A DNA stretch of 32,000 nt from Escherichia coli (GTDB lineage Bacteria > Pseudomonadota > Gammaproteobacteria > Enterobacterales > Enterobacteriaceae): assembly GCF_901733115.1 (NCBI RefSeq), contig NZ_LR595691.1. One strand, 5' to 3'. How positions within the stretch are numbered: position 1 is the first letter of the stretch; every line of letters begins with the position of its first letter. The notes beneath the pieces were generated by a model. It was not told the DNA's origin. It did not search any database and saw only the letters and a program-made list of their open reading frames with translations. Below are positions 10,228-17,702 of the stretch, piece by piece. The translations under genes and the position numbers were made by a program.

Positions 10228-11730
10228 TTAGACATAGCGTTGAGGTAGAGAAACGCTGACACGCGTGCCGTGCAGACAGGAAATGTGTAATGTGCCACCC
10301 AGCGCCGTTACGCGCTCGCGCATTCCGGTGAGGCCAAAACCTTGTTGCCCGGAACCCGGCGGCAAACCGCTGCCATCGTCTTCAATAACCAGCATCAACC
10401 GTTCATCCTGCTGCCAGCCTTGCAGCGTGACCGCGCTGGCATCAGCATGTTTCACAATGTTGTTCAGCCCTTCCTGGCAGACACGAAACAGCGTCACGCG
10501 CTGGTTTTCACTTAATGCTGATTCATCGATTCGCCATTCGAGATGGCTGACAATACCGCGCCCTTCCAGCTCCATTTCCCGCATCAGTGAGCGGATGGCC
10601 TGCTCCAGGGTGAGATCATCCAACTGGCGCGGACGTAACCGACCCAACAAACGGCGCACCGCGTCGTAAACGCCCAGCGATAGTTGTTCGATGAGCTGCC
10701 CGCTCTGCTTCACGCTGGCGTTATCTGCCGCCAGCCGCTGAACAATGCCCGCCTGAGTACGAATAGCAGTGATGGTCTGACCGATATCATCATGCAGCTC
10801 ACGCGCCACATCACGGCGCACGCTCTCTTCGGTTTCCAGCAACCGTTCAGCCAGATGCTGATTGCGCGCCAGTTCCTTTTGCAGCGACTGGTTAAGTTCA
10901 CGCAACCGCTGGATGCCAGCGCCAAGCAACAACCCTGTCAGACTTTGCACCAGCAGCGAGAGCAATAAATCCACCGGATGATCGCGCCAGGTTTGACTGG
11001 CGATCAGCGCGATGGCGTTCATCAACGTCGCAATCAGCGCCCCTTGCCAACCATAGTGCCAGGCCAGCGCGATAATCGGCAGCGCCAGACAGAATGGCGT
11101 AAAGCGCGACAGTTCGTCCGGCAATCCCAACTGGAGCCAGAGACTGATAACAAACAGCAGCAAGTACCAGACCAGATGTCGCCCGCGCCAGTTGATTGGC
11201 TGAGAAACCAGTGACGGGCCGAGCGGCAGCCAGGTGTTATTGGCGAGATAGTGCCAGAACACCAGACATATCGGGGCCAGCGTCAGGCCGCCAGTTAAAG
11301 TCAGCAACAGCGCATTCCACGACTCTTTGCCGTGCCAAAGCCAGGGCAGCGACTGCAACAACGCCGCCGCCGTTAACGCCGCCCCCTGTAACAGCAAGGT
11401 GCGCCAGTCACGCTGATGGCGATAGCGCGAGATCAGCGCTACGGGCAGTAACGTCAGTAAACTACCGATCATCAATAACGGAAAATGGGTTAAACCGACC
11501 GCCTGCGTTAGCCAGTAAATCAGCAGCCACTCCGCACCCAGCAATACGGGCCAGTATCCGCGCGGGCATTGCAGCATTAGCCCCAGACGCAGACCAAACG
11601 GAAATAACAGCACCGCCATATCAGGGCGCTCAACCAGATGCAGGCTGATACTCCACAGGCAAAACCATGCGGCAGAGAAGATAAAAAAGCAGGCAATAAC
11701 GGTAATTAAGCGGGAGAACAACGTCTTCAT
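10228..11730 (-). CDS. uhpB: Sensor histidine kinase of the Uhp two-component system (500 aa)
   Basis: The N-terminal half is polytopic. The C-terminal half has the [10 protein letters not shown]-box of the NarX/HPK7 type and an ATPase domain (DDGSGL...[11 protein letters not shown]). ATG 11728-11730 overlaps the uhpA TGA (11730-11732) by 1 nt. Confidence 0.93.
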
Positions 11731-12320
11731 CACCAGCCATCAAACATGCGGCGCGCCAGCTCTACGTCGTTACTGACACCCAGTTTTTCCATCAGGTTGG
11801 CGCGATGGACGTGCACCGTTTTCGGCGACAAGCCCAGTTCGGCAGCAATCTCTTTCACCGCCATTCCTTGCGCCAGTTTTTCCGCCACCTGCCGTTCGCG
11901 TTTGGTTAGCGGGTCCTGACGACCGGATGCCAGTTTAATGGCAATATCCGGCGTCAGATAACAGCCGCCCGTGGCAACCGTATGCACCGCCGCAATCAGT
12001 TCGTCAGGGCTACAGCGTTTGGAGAGAAAGCCGCGTGCCCCCGCGTTAAGCGCCTGCTCAACCAGCGCCGGACTGTCATGAACAGAGAGCATTATTGTCG
12101 CCATACCTTTCGGCAGCTGGCTTAGCAGTTCCAGACCGGAGATATCGGGCATGGAGATATCGCAAATACACACCTGCACACCGCGCCCCGGCAGCCCCGC
12201 CAGCGCCTCGCGCCCCGAACCAAACTCGGCAACTACCTGCAAATCAGGTTCCAGCCCCAGCAGCTGCGCAAAGCCGGAGCGGACGATGAGGTGATCGTCT
12301 ATAAGGGCAACGGTGATCAT
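11730..12320 (-). CDS. uhpA: NarL/FixJ-family response regulator activating uhpT (196 aa)
   Basis: The track ORF is 11730-12383. The start at ATG 12318-12320 ([16 protein letters not shown]...) gives 196 aa, with a receiver domain plus a LuxR-type HTH. The 21-codon upstream extension reads through the ilvBN terminator hairpin, so I rejected it. Confidence 0.93.
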
Positions 12321-12338
12321 GGTCTTGTCCTGGCGGGT

Positions 12339-12372
12339 AAAAAAAAACGCGCTTACCTTAACGATAAGCGCG
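12339..12372 (-). terminator. Rho-independent terminator of ilvBN
   Basis: On the minus strand the sequence reads CGCGCTTA-TCGTTAAGG-TAAGCGCG followed by T9. On the plus strand the A-run is at 12339-12347 and the stem arms at 12348-12355 and 12365-12372. It starts 23 nt after the ilvN stop. Confidence 0.8.
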
Positions 12373-12394
12373 ATGTTGTTCAAGCCTTGAGCGG

Positions 12395-12685
12395 TTACTG
12401 AAAAAACACCGCAATCTTGTTAAACATAGTCGGATCGGACTGATTACGCTGCACTTTCACCACATCTTCCAGCTTATCGATTTGGCTTATCATCTGCTCC
12501 AGACGCTGGTCGTCATTGACCAGTAGCCAGATATGGCTTTTGTCGCTGTCCTGAATCGGCAGACAAAGAATGCCTTCAACGTTAAAAGCGCGGCGGGCAA
12601 AAAGGCCACAAACGTGGGTCATTACGCCCGGATGGTTGCGAACGGTGAGCTCCAGAATCACGTTGTCATGAGTTGTGTTTTGCAT
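12395..12685 (-). CDS. ilvN: Acetolactate synthase I small (regulatory) subunit, 96 aa
   Basis: 96-aa ORF with an ACT domain ([39 protein letters not shown]). It begins 3 nt after the ilvB stop. Confidence 0.95.
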
Positions 12686-12688
12686 GGC

Positions 12689-14377
12689 TTATTCCCCCAC
12701 CATTTCAGTATTCGCCGCACCTGGCGGCACCATCGGGTAAACTTTTTCTTCGGCATCAATGCGCACATGGATCAGCGCCGGGCCAGGGCGATTGATGATT
12801 TCCTGCAATGCAGCCTGCGGATCGGCTTCGTTATTCAAATCACAGGTTTCGAGGCCGAATCCGGCGGCAATCTGCATAAAGTTGATTTTTCCCGGATAGG
12901 TGGCGGCAAAAACGCCTTGCTCGTAGAACAGACTCTGTTGCTGATGCACCAGCCCCAGCGCTTCGTTGTTCATCAGAATGATTTTGACATCCAGCTGATT
13001 TTCACTGGCGGTCGCCATCTCCTGAATATTCATCATCAGGCTGCCGTCGCCGGAGAAACACAACACTTTGCGATCCGGGTTCGCCAGCGCCGCGCCAATC
13101 GCCGCAGGCAGGCCAAAACCCATCGTGCCCAGCCCACCGGAGGTCAGCCACTGGCGTGGGCGATTGAGCGGATAAGCTTGCGCGGTCCACATCTGATGCT
13201 GACCCACATCGGTGGTGATAATCGCATTGTCATCGACACAGGCGGCAACGGCGTTGATCAGGCCGTAATGGCTTAATGGATCGCACGCTTTCGGGATTGG
13301 ACACGGGAATTCGCGCTGCAAATCCGCTACCAACTGGTGCCACTCTGCACGCGGTTGCGCTTCCACCTGCGGGATCAATTGCGCCAGCACGTCATCAACA
13401 TCCGCCTGAATCGCCACATGCGGCTGCTTGATTTTACCCAGCTCTGCGCGATCGATATCGACATGAATAATTTTGGCATTCGGACAGAACTGCTCGGTTT
13501 TGCCAATCGCCCGGTCATCAAAACGCGCACCGAGCACTATCAACAAATCCGCCTCCTGCAAAATATAGTTGGTGCTGCGCACGCCGTGCATCCCCAGCAT
13601 ACCCAGCGACAACGGATGCGCTTTTGGCAACATGCCCAGCGCCATTAAAGTCATGGTGGTAGGCAGTTGCGCTTTCTCCGCCAGTTCACGCACCCGTGCG
13701 GGCGCATTGATCACACCGCCGCCCAGATAAAGCACCGGGCGTTTGGCAGCGTTAATCATCGCCGCTGCGTCACGAATGCTTTCTTCGCTAAAGGCGGGGG
13801 CGGCGGCTTTTTCTGCCATAGCGGGCTGTGTTTCAATCTCAAAAACTGCCGTTTGCACATCCTTAGGAATGTCTATCCACACCGGGCCTGGGCGGCCTGA
13901 TTGCGCAATGCGGAAGGCATCGCTCATGACCTGCGGGAGTTCTTCGATATGTCTGACCAGATAGTTGTGTTTGGTGATGGGGATAGAGATGCCGTAGGTG
14001 TCCACTTCCTGGAAGGCGTCGGTGCCGATCATCGAGGCGGGAACCTGACCGGTGATGCAAATCAGCGGGATGGAGTCCAGCCGCGCATCGGCAATGGCGG
14101 TCACCAGGTTAGTCGCACCCGGTCCGCTACAGGCCATACAGACCGCCGGTTTACCGTCGGTGCGCGCCATCCCCTGAGCGATAAATCCCGCGCCCTGTTC
14201 ATGACGGGCCAGAATATGGCGGATTTGCGTGCTTTGGCTTAAGGCATCGTAAACAGGCAGGATAGAACCGCCCGGAATGCCCGTCACAATCTTAATGCCC
14301 TGCTGTTCCAGGAAATGAACGATAAATTCTGCGCCGGTAAAGCGCTTACGCGTCGATGTTGTGCCCGAACTTGCCAT
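12689..14377 (-). CDS. ilvB: Acetolactate synthase I large (catalytic) subunit, ThDP/FAD enzyme, 562 aa
   Basis: 562-aa ORF with the ThDP-binding motif GDGS...MNIQE...NN and an AHAS-family sequence throughout. Confidence 0.97.
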   Translation of the reverse strand: MASSGTTSTRKRFTGAEFIVHFLEQQGIKIVTGIPGGSILPVYDALSQSTQIRHILARHEQGAGFIAQGMARTDGKPAVCMACSGPGATNLVTAIADARLDSIPLICITGQVPASMIGTDAFQEVDTYGISIPITKHNYLVRHIEELPQVMSDAFRIAQSGRPGPVWIDIPKDVQTAVFEIETQPAMAEKAAAPAFSEESIRDAAAMINAAKRPVLYLGGGVINAPARVRELAEKAQLPTTMTLMALGMLPKAHPLSLGMLGMHGVRSTNYILQEADLLIVLGARFDDRAIGKTEQFCPNAKIIHVDIDRAELGKIKQPHVAIQADVDDVLAQLIPQVEAQPRAEWHQLVADLQREFPCPIPKACDPLSHYGLINAVAACVDDNAIITTDVGQHQMWTAQAYPLNRPRQWLTSGGLGTMGFGLPAAIGAALANPDRKVLCFSGDGSLMMNIQEMATASENQLDVKIILMNNEALGLVHQQQSLFYEQGVFAATYPGKINFMQIAAGFGLETCDLNNEADPQAALQEIINRPGPALIHVRIDAEEKVYPMVPPGAANTEMVGE

Positions 14378-14420
14378 GCTCCAGTCCTTTTCTTCTGGGC
14401 CGACTTTCCGGGAGGTGCTT

Positions 14421-14455
14421 AAACGAAAAACCCCGCCCGGTTTGCGCCGGCGGGG
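14421..14455 (-). terminator. ilvBN attenuator terminator
   Basis: The stem arms are CCCCGCC (14431-14437) and GGCGGGG (14449-14455). On the minus strand the hairpin is followed by TTTTTCGTTT. It lies between the ivbL leader peptide and the ilvB start. Confidence 0.8.
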
Positions 14456-14482
14456 TTTTGGAATCGTGTGTTGTTCCAGTCC

Positions 14483-14581
14483 CTACGGCGCATTGCCGAC
14501 GACCACCACCACACGCACGACGACCACTGCGGCGGATAGCGCAGTTGGTAGTAGTTTTGCGTTGAACATGGAAGTAGTCAT
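14483..14581 (-). CDS. ivbL: ilvBN leader peptide (32 aa, Val/Leu-rich)
   Basis: My manual translation of the minus strand gives MTTSMFNAKLLPTALSAAVVVVRVVVVVGNAP*. The run of Val codons lies just upstream of the attenuator hairpin. It is absent from the ORF track because it is shorter than 60 aa. Confidence 0.9.
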   Translation of the reverse strand: MTTSMFNAKLLPTALSAAVVVVRVVVVVGNAP

Positions 14582-14710
14582 TGGGGACCTTGTTGGTTTT
14601 GTGTTTAACAATATTTATACAAGCACAGCTTTACAGGGGAGACAATGGAAAATTTTTCAGCAAGGGAAAATTGAGGGGCTGATCACGTTTTGTACTGAAT
14701 TGCAGGTAAC

Positions 14711-14785
14711 AAAAAACCCCGCCGGAGCGAGGTTTCATCAGCCGCCTGCGGCTGGTAACCGCAAAGCACACTGTATTATGTCAAC
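14711..14785 (-). ncRNA. istR: IstR-1 antitoxin sRNA (about 75 nt)
   Basis: The minus-strand RNA reads GUUGACAUAAUACAGUGUGCUUUGCGGUUACCAGCCGCAGGCGGCUGAUGAAACCUCGCUCCGGCGGGGUUUUUU, which matches the IstR-1 sequence I remember. It has its own promoter and a terminator hairpin CCTCGC-TCCG-GCGGGG followed by T6. Confidence 0.85.
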
Positions 14786-14791
14786 ACTGAA

Positions 14792-14820
14792 AGTATACGT
14801 GTTCCGCGCAGAACGCGCAA
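14792..14820 (-). promoter_or_regulatory. istR-1 promoter
   Basis: On the minus strand: TTGCGC (14815-14820), a 17-nt spacer, TATACT (14792-14797), then 6 nt to the G at 14785. Confidence 0.65.
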
Positions 14821-14891
14821 TTTCGGCACGAATTTTGACGTATTTAGGGCATAGTTGAGTATCGATCACAGTTTGCGTTTTGTCCAAATAT

Positions 14892-14911
14892 TACTGTTTA
14901 TTTATACAGTA
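14892..14911. promoter_or_regulatory. LexA (SOS) box controlling tisAB (and istR-2)
   Basis: TACTGTTTATTTATACAGTA is a perfect CTG-N10-CAG palindrome matching the consensus TACTG(TA)5CAGTA. A TATAAT -10 element follows at 14918-14923 on the plus strand. Confidence 0.88.
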
Positions 14912-15023
14912 AACTTCTATAATATCACTGTACGCAATGTGTTATGCGGGGGCCGCATCGTTACCCGGCGCACTAAGTCCTGGCTGAAACGGGTGGTGCC
15001 GTCAGCGCCTTAACCCCGCGTGA

Positions 15024-15043
15024 GCACACTGTGTTATGTCAAC
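15024..15043 (+). promoter_or_regulatory. IstR-1 pairing site in the tisAB mRNA leader
   Basis: GCACACTGTGTTATGTCAAC is a direct repeat of 14766-14785 (GCACACTGTATTATGTCAAC). The IstR-1 5' end is therefore complementary over 20 nt, with one G-U pair. Confidence 0.8.
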
Positions 15044-15149
15044 AAGCACAACGTTTCTCCTTAAGATACCGCGTGCACAACAGCTGGCAACAGGCAGCGG
15101 AAAGGTACGTCAGCTGGCAGTGCTCCTGAACCACAGGAGACGCGTATGA
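15036..15149 (+). CDS. tisA: tisA, a 37-codon upstream ORF in the tisAB transcript (reported as not translated)
   Basis: My manual translation gives MSTSTTFLLKIPRAQQLATGSGKVRQLAVLLNHRRRV*. Its TGA (15147-15149) overlaps the tisB ATG. I see no obvious SD, and I recall the literature reporting no translation. Confidence 0.4.
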   Translation: MSTSTTFLLKIPRAQQLATGSGKVRQLAVLLNHRRRV

Positions 15150-15235
15150 GCCTGGTGGATATCGCCATTCTTATCCTCAAACTCATTGTTGCAGCACTGC
15201 AACTGCTTGATGCTGTTCTGAAATACCTGAAGTAA
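15146..15235 (+). CDS. tisB: TisB, a 29-aa hydrophobic type I toxin (SOS-induced, membrane-depolarising)
   Basis: My manual translation gives MSLVDIAILILKLIVAALQLLDAVLKYLK*. It is preceded by GGAGA and followed by a strong terminator. Confidence 0.92.
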   Translation: MSLVDIAILILKLIVAALQLLDAVLKYLK

Positions 15236-15254
15236 TTCAGATTCAAGTCGCACC

Positions 15255-15284
15255 AAAGGGGAGCGGGTAACCGCTCCCCTTTTA
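15255..15284 (+). terminator. tisAB Rho-independent terminator
   Basis: AAAGGGGAGCGG-GTAA-CCGCTCCCCTTTT, a 12-bp stem followed by a T-run. Confidence 0.85.
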
Positions 15285-15351
15285 TATTTAGCGTGCGGGT
15301 TGGAGTTGGGGGCTTCTTCTACCAGCAGAATGTTTGCACCTGCGCTGCCTG

Positions 15352-15475
15352 TGCCCCTCACCCTAGCCCTCTCCCCAAAGGGGCGAGGGGACCGTCCCGT
15401 GCAATGTTTAGCTCATTTTCTGAAAGGGAACGGTGGTTTCCCCCTCGCCCCTTTGGGGAGAGGGTTACAGTTCGC
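15352..15475. repeat. Pair of inverted GC-rich palindromic intergenic repeats (boxC-like)
   Basis: There is a perfect 24-bp inverted repeat: CCCTCTCCCCAAAGGGGCGAGGGG at 15367-15390 and CCCCTCGCCCCTTTGGGGAGAGGG at 15441-15464. Each arm is itself a 10-bp hairpin with one mismatch. The flanks (CTCACCCTAGCC and GTTACAG) resemble an E. coli repeat family that I believe is boxC, but the family assignment is uncertain. Confidence 0.6.
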
Positions 15476-15653
15476 ACGTAATCCCTCCCGGCAACATTTA
15501 TTGCCGCTTTTGTTTACATATTCTGCCGCTAAACAATTCCCCATTCCTGGCGTATATCTGGCTAACATTCATCAATGTGATAGATTCCTCTCCCGCATTT
15601 ATGGGAATGCGTAGTGACTTATTCTAATTATTTTTATAAAAGCATCCGTGATA

Positions 15654-16838
15654 ATGAAAAGGCAAAGAAACGTCAATTTGTTATTGATGTTGGTATTACT
15701 CGTGGCCGTCGGTCAGATGGCGCAAACCATTTATATTCCAGCTATTGCCGATATGGCGCGCGATCTCAACGTCCGTGAAGGGGCGGTGCAGAGCGTAATG
15801 GGCGCTTATCTGCTGACTTACGGTGTCTCACAGCTGTTTTATGGCCCGATTTCCGACCGCGTGGGCCGCCGACCGGTGATCCTCGTCGGAATGTCCATTT
15901 TTATGCTGGCAACGCTGGTCGCGGTCACGACCTCCAGTTTGACGGTGTTGATTGCCGCCAGCGCGATGCAGGGGATGGGCACCGGCGTTGGCGGCGTAAT
16001 GGCGCGTACTTTGCCGCGAGATTTATATGAACGGACACAGTTGCGCCATGCTAACAGCCTGTTAAACATGGGGATTCTCGTCAGTCCGTTGCTCGCACCG
16101 CTAATCGGCGGTCTGCTGGATACGATGTGGAACTGGCGCGCCTGTTATCTCTTTTTGTTGGTTCTTTGTGCTGGTGTGACCTTCAGTATGGCCCGCTGGA
16201 TGCCGGAAACGCGTCCGGTCGATGCACCGCGCACGCGCCTGCTTACCAGTTATAAAACGCTTTTCGGTAACAGCGGTTTTAACTGTTATTTGCTGATGCT
16301 GATTGGCGGTCTGGCCGGGATTGCCGCCTTTGAAGCCTGCTCCGGCGTGCTGATGGGCGCGGTGTTAGGGCTGAGCAGTATGACGGTCAGTATTTTGTTT
16401 ATTCTGCCGATTCCGGCAGCGTTTTTTGGCGCATGGTTTGCCGGACGTCCCAATAAACGCTTCTCCACGTTAATGTGGCAGTCGGTTATCTGCTGCCTGC
16501 TGGCTGGCTTGCTGATGTGGATCCCCGACTGGTTTGGCGTGATGAATGTCTGGACGCTGCTCGTTCCCGCCGCGCTGTTCTTTTTCGGTGCCGGGATGCT
16601 GTTTCCGCTGGCGACCAGCGACGCGATGGAGCCGTTCCCCTTCCTGGCGGGCACGGCTGGCGCGCTGGTCGGCGGTCTGCAAAACATTGGTTCCGGCGTG
16701 CTGGCGTCGCTCTCTGCGATGTTGCCGCAAACCGGTCAGGGCAGCCTGGGGTTGTTGATGACCTTAATGGGATTGTTGATCGTGCTGTGCTGGCTGCCGC
16801 TGGCGACGCGGATGTCGCATCAGGGGCAGCCCGTTTAA
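15654..16838 (+). CDS. emrD: MFS multidrug efflux pump (394 aa)
   Basis: The track ORF starts at GTG 15648. ATG 15654 (MKRQRNVNLLLMLVLLVAVGQMAQTIYIPAIADMARDL) gives 394 aa. The protein is a 12-TM MFS transporter that I recognise as EmrD. Confidence 0.93.
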   Translation: MKRQRNVNLLLMLVLLVAVGQMAQTIYIPAIADMARDLNVREGAVQSVMGAYLLTYGVSQLFYGPISDRVGRRPVILVGMSIFMLATLVAVTTSSLTVLIAASAMQGMGTGVGGVMARTLPRDLYERTQLRHANSLLNMGILVSPLLAPLIGGLLDTMWNWRACYLFLLVLCAGVTFSMARWMPETRPVDAPRTRLLTSYKTLFGNSGFNCYLLMLIGGLAGIAAFEACSGVLMGAVLGLSSMTVSILFILPIPAAFFGAWFAGRPNKRFSTLMWQSVICCLLAGLLMWIPDWFGVMNVWTLLVPAALFFFGAGMLFPLATSDAMEPFPFLAGTAGALVGGLQNIGSGVLASLSAMLPQTGQGSLGLLMTLMGLLIVLCWLPLATRMSHQGQPV

Positions 16839-16845
16839 GCGCACG

Positions 16846-17343
16846 TCACCGCAGCATCGTCATCAGCTCCATGGGAGAACGATGCTGCTTTATCAGATCA
16901 CGCATCACCCGCATATGCGGTGCGGAGTAAGAATAAAACGCCTGATAGCCCGCACAAAGCACGCTGTCTGGCGTCTCCTGGCGAGCGTGCGGGCACAGGC
17001 GATGCCAGTCGCACGCCTGGCAGTCACGGCGCGGTTGCGGGTTTTCGCTGCCACACCATTTTTGTAAGGTGGCGTCAAAAAGCTCAATCGAGATACGACT
17101 GATATCTGCCCGCACCCAACACTCGAACAGGGCAATTAAAAATTTCCCCCACAGCTCTGCTGTCACCGAAGCGGCCGTCAGATCGCCCCGGTCATCAAAT
17201 TCAAGATAGGGAATGAGCTGTACGGAGCGGATGCCCCGCTGTTTGAAATTGTGATAAAAATCGGCAGGTTGCAGAGCATCCTTGTACTCTACAACCAGTT
17301 TATGCCTGTCCTCTTCAGCATCAATGACCTGACTTCCTGTCAT
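16846..17343 (-). CDS. yidF: Fragment-like homolog of an anaerobic sulfatase-maturating enzyme (C-terminal Cys-rich part only, 165 aa)
   Basis: 165-aa ORF with scattered Cys (ECW, KWC, DCQAC...LC, VLCAGY) resembling the C-terminal auxiliary-cluster region of AslB/YdeM-type radical-SAM maturases. There is no CxxxCxxC motif. The ATG overlaps the yidG stop (ATGA). Confidence 0.8.
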   Translation of the reverse strand: MTGSQVIDAEEDRHKLVVEYKDALQPADFYHNFKQRGIRSVQLIPYLEFDDRGDLTAASVTAELWGKFLIALFECWVRADISRISIELFDATLQKWCGSENPQPRRDCQACDWHRLCPHARQETPDSVLCAGYQAFYSYSAPHMRVMRDLIKQHRSPMELMTMLR

Positions 17344-17702
17344 GCGACTCTCTCAATAAATACGATAAGTTGATGTATATGCGTTACAGCAAACAGTATT
17401 GCGAGAGATAACACCGCGAGGGAGATCAAAAATTTGTCACGGACTACGTGAAATTGGGAAAAATCGCTATTCGTGACATCCATTAAATTGCGATTACGGG
17501 TGTAGTGCCAGAGGATCAGCGCCACGATGGCGAGAATGCCAATCGAAATCCAGAATAACATGCCCGCCTGGTGCCAGTTGTGTTTGATAGCCAACGCCAT
17601 CAACGCGCCGTAGCCCAGCATGGTACGAAACCACGCCAGTGATGTGCGCTCCGGCTGCAGTCCTGGGTCGGCAATGCGTCTGGCTTTGCGGCTATCCGGC
17701 AT
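17340..17702 (-). CDS. yidG: DUF202-family inner-membrane protein (120 aa)
   Basis: The ORF has the motif PERTSLAWFRTMLGY followed by three hydrophobic segments. It overlaps yidH by 11 nt and yidF by 4 nt. Confidence 0.85.
   Translation of the reverse strand: MPDSRKARRIADPGLQPERTSLAWFRTMLGYGALMALAIKHNWHQAGMLFWISIGILAIVALILWHYTRNRNLMDVTNSDFSQFHVVRDKFLISLAVLSLAILFAVTHIHQLIVFIERVA

Larger units (their letters stand above)
14711..14850 (-). ncRNA. istR: IstR-2, the longer (about 140 nt) LexA-dependent isoform sharing the IstR-1 3' end
   Basis: This rests on established knowledge of a longer isoform. The 5' end near 14850 is estimated only from the reported length, and I cannot pin it down from the sequence. 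Confidence 0.45.

Noticed and set aside
12533-13276. A 247-aa plus-strand ORF, with several other 60-110 aa ORFs on both strands, inside the ilvB coding region
   Set aside because: It is entirely antisense to, or out of frame with, a strongly recognisable ThDP enzyme gene. The translation is Arg/His/Gln-rich and low-complexity, as is typical of shadow ORFs in GC-rich coding DNA. It has no SD. The same reasoning applies to the antisense ORFs inside nepI, adeQ, ade, uhpT/C/B, emrD, yidJ/K, glvC, yidE and yidR.
14672-14687. A CRP-like site, TGAGGGGCTGATCACG, upstream of the ilvB promoter
   Set aside because: I remember ilvBN as cAMP-CRP activated, and one half-site (TCACG) is good. The other half (TGAGG) is poor, and I could not place a convincing -10/-35 pair or start site to check the spacing. 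I have therefore not reported it as a feature.
14361-14858. A 165-aa plus-strand ORF spanning the ilvB start, the attenuator, ivbL and istR
   Set aside because: The region is fully explained by the minus-strand leader peptide, the attenuator hairpin, the ilvB promoter and the IstR sRNA. The run of Thr codons is simply the reverse complement of the Val-codon run in ivbL.
15367-15464. A possible CRISPR-like repeat
   Set aside because: There are only two copies and they are inverted rather than direct. No further repeats or cas genes are present. This is an intergenic palindromic repeat, not a CRISPR array.
15300-15614. 104-aa and 62-64-aa ORFs across the tisB-emrD intergenic region
   Set aside because: They read straight through the GC-rich inverted repeats (the LTLALSPKGRGD-type translation typical of such repeats). 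They have no SD, so they are not credible genes.
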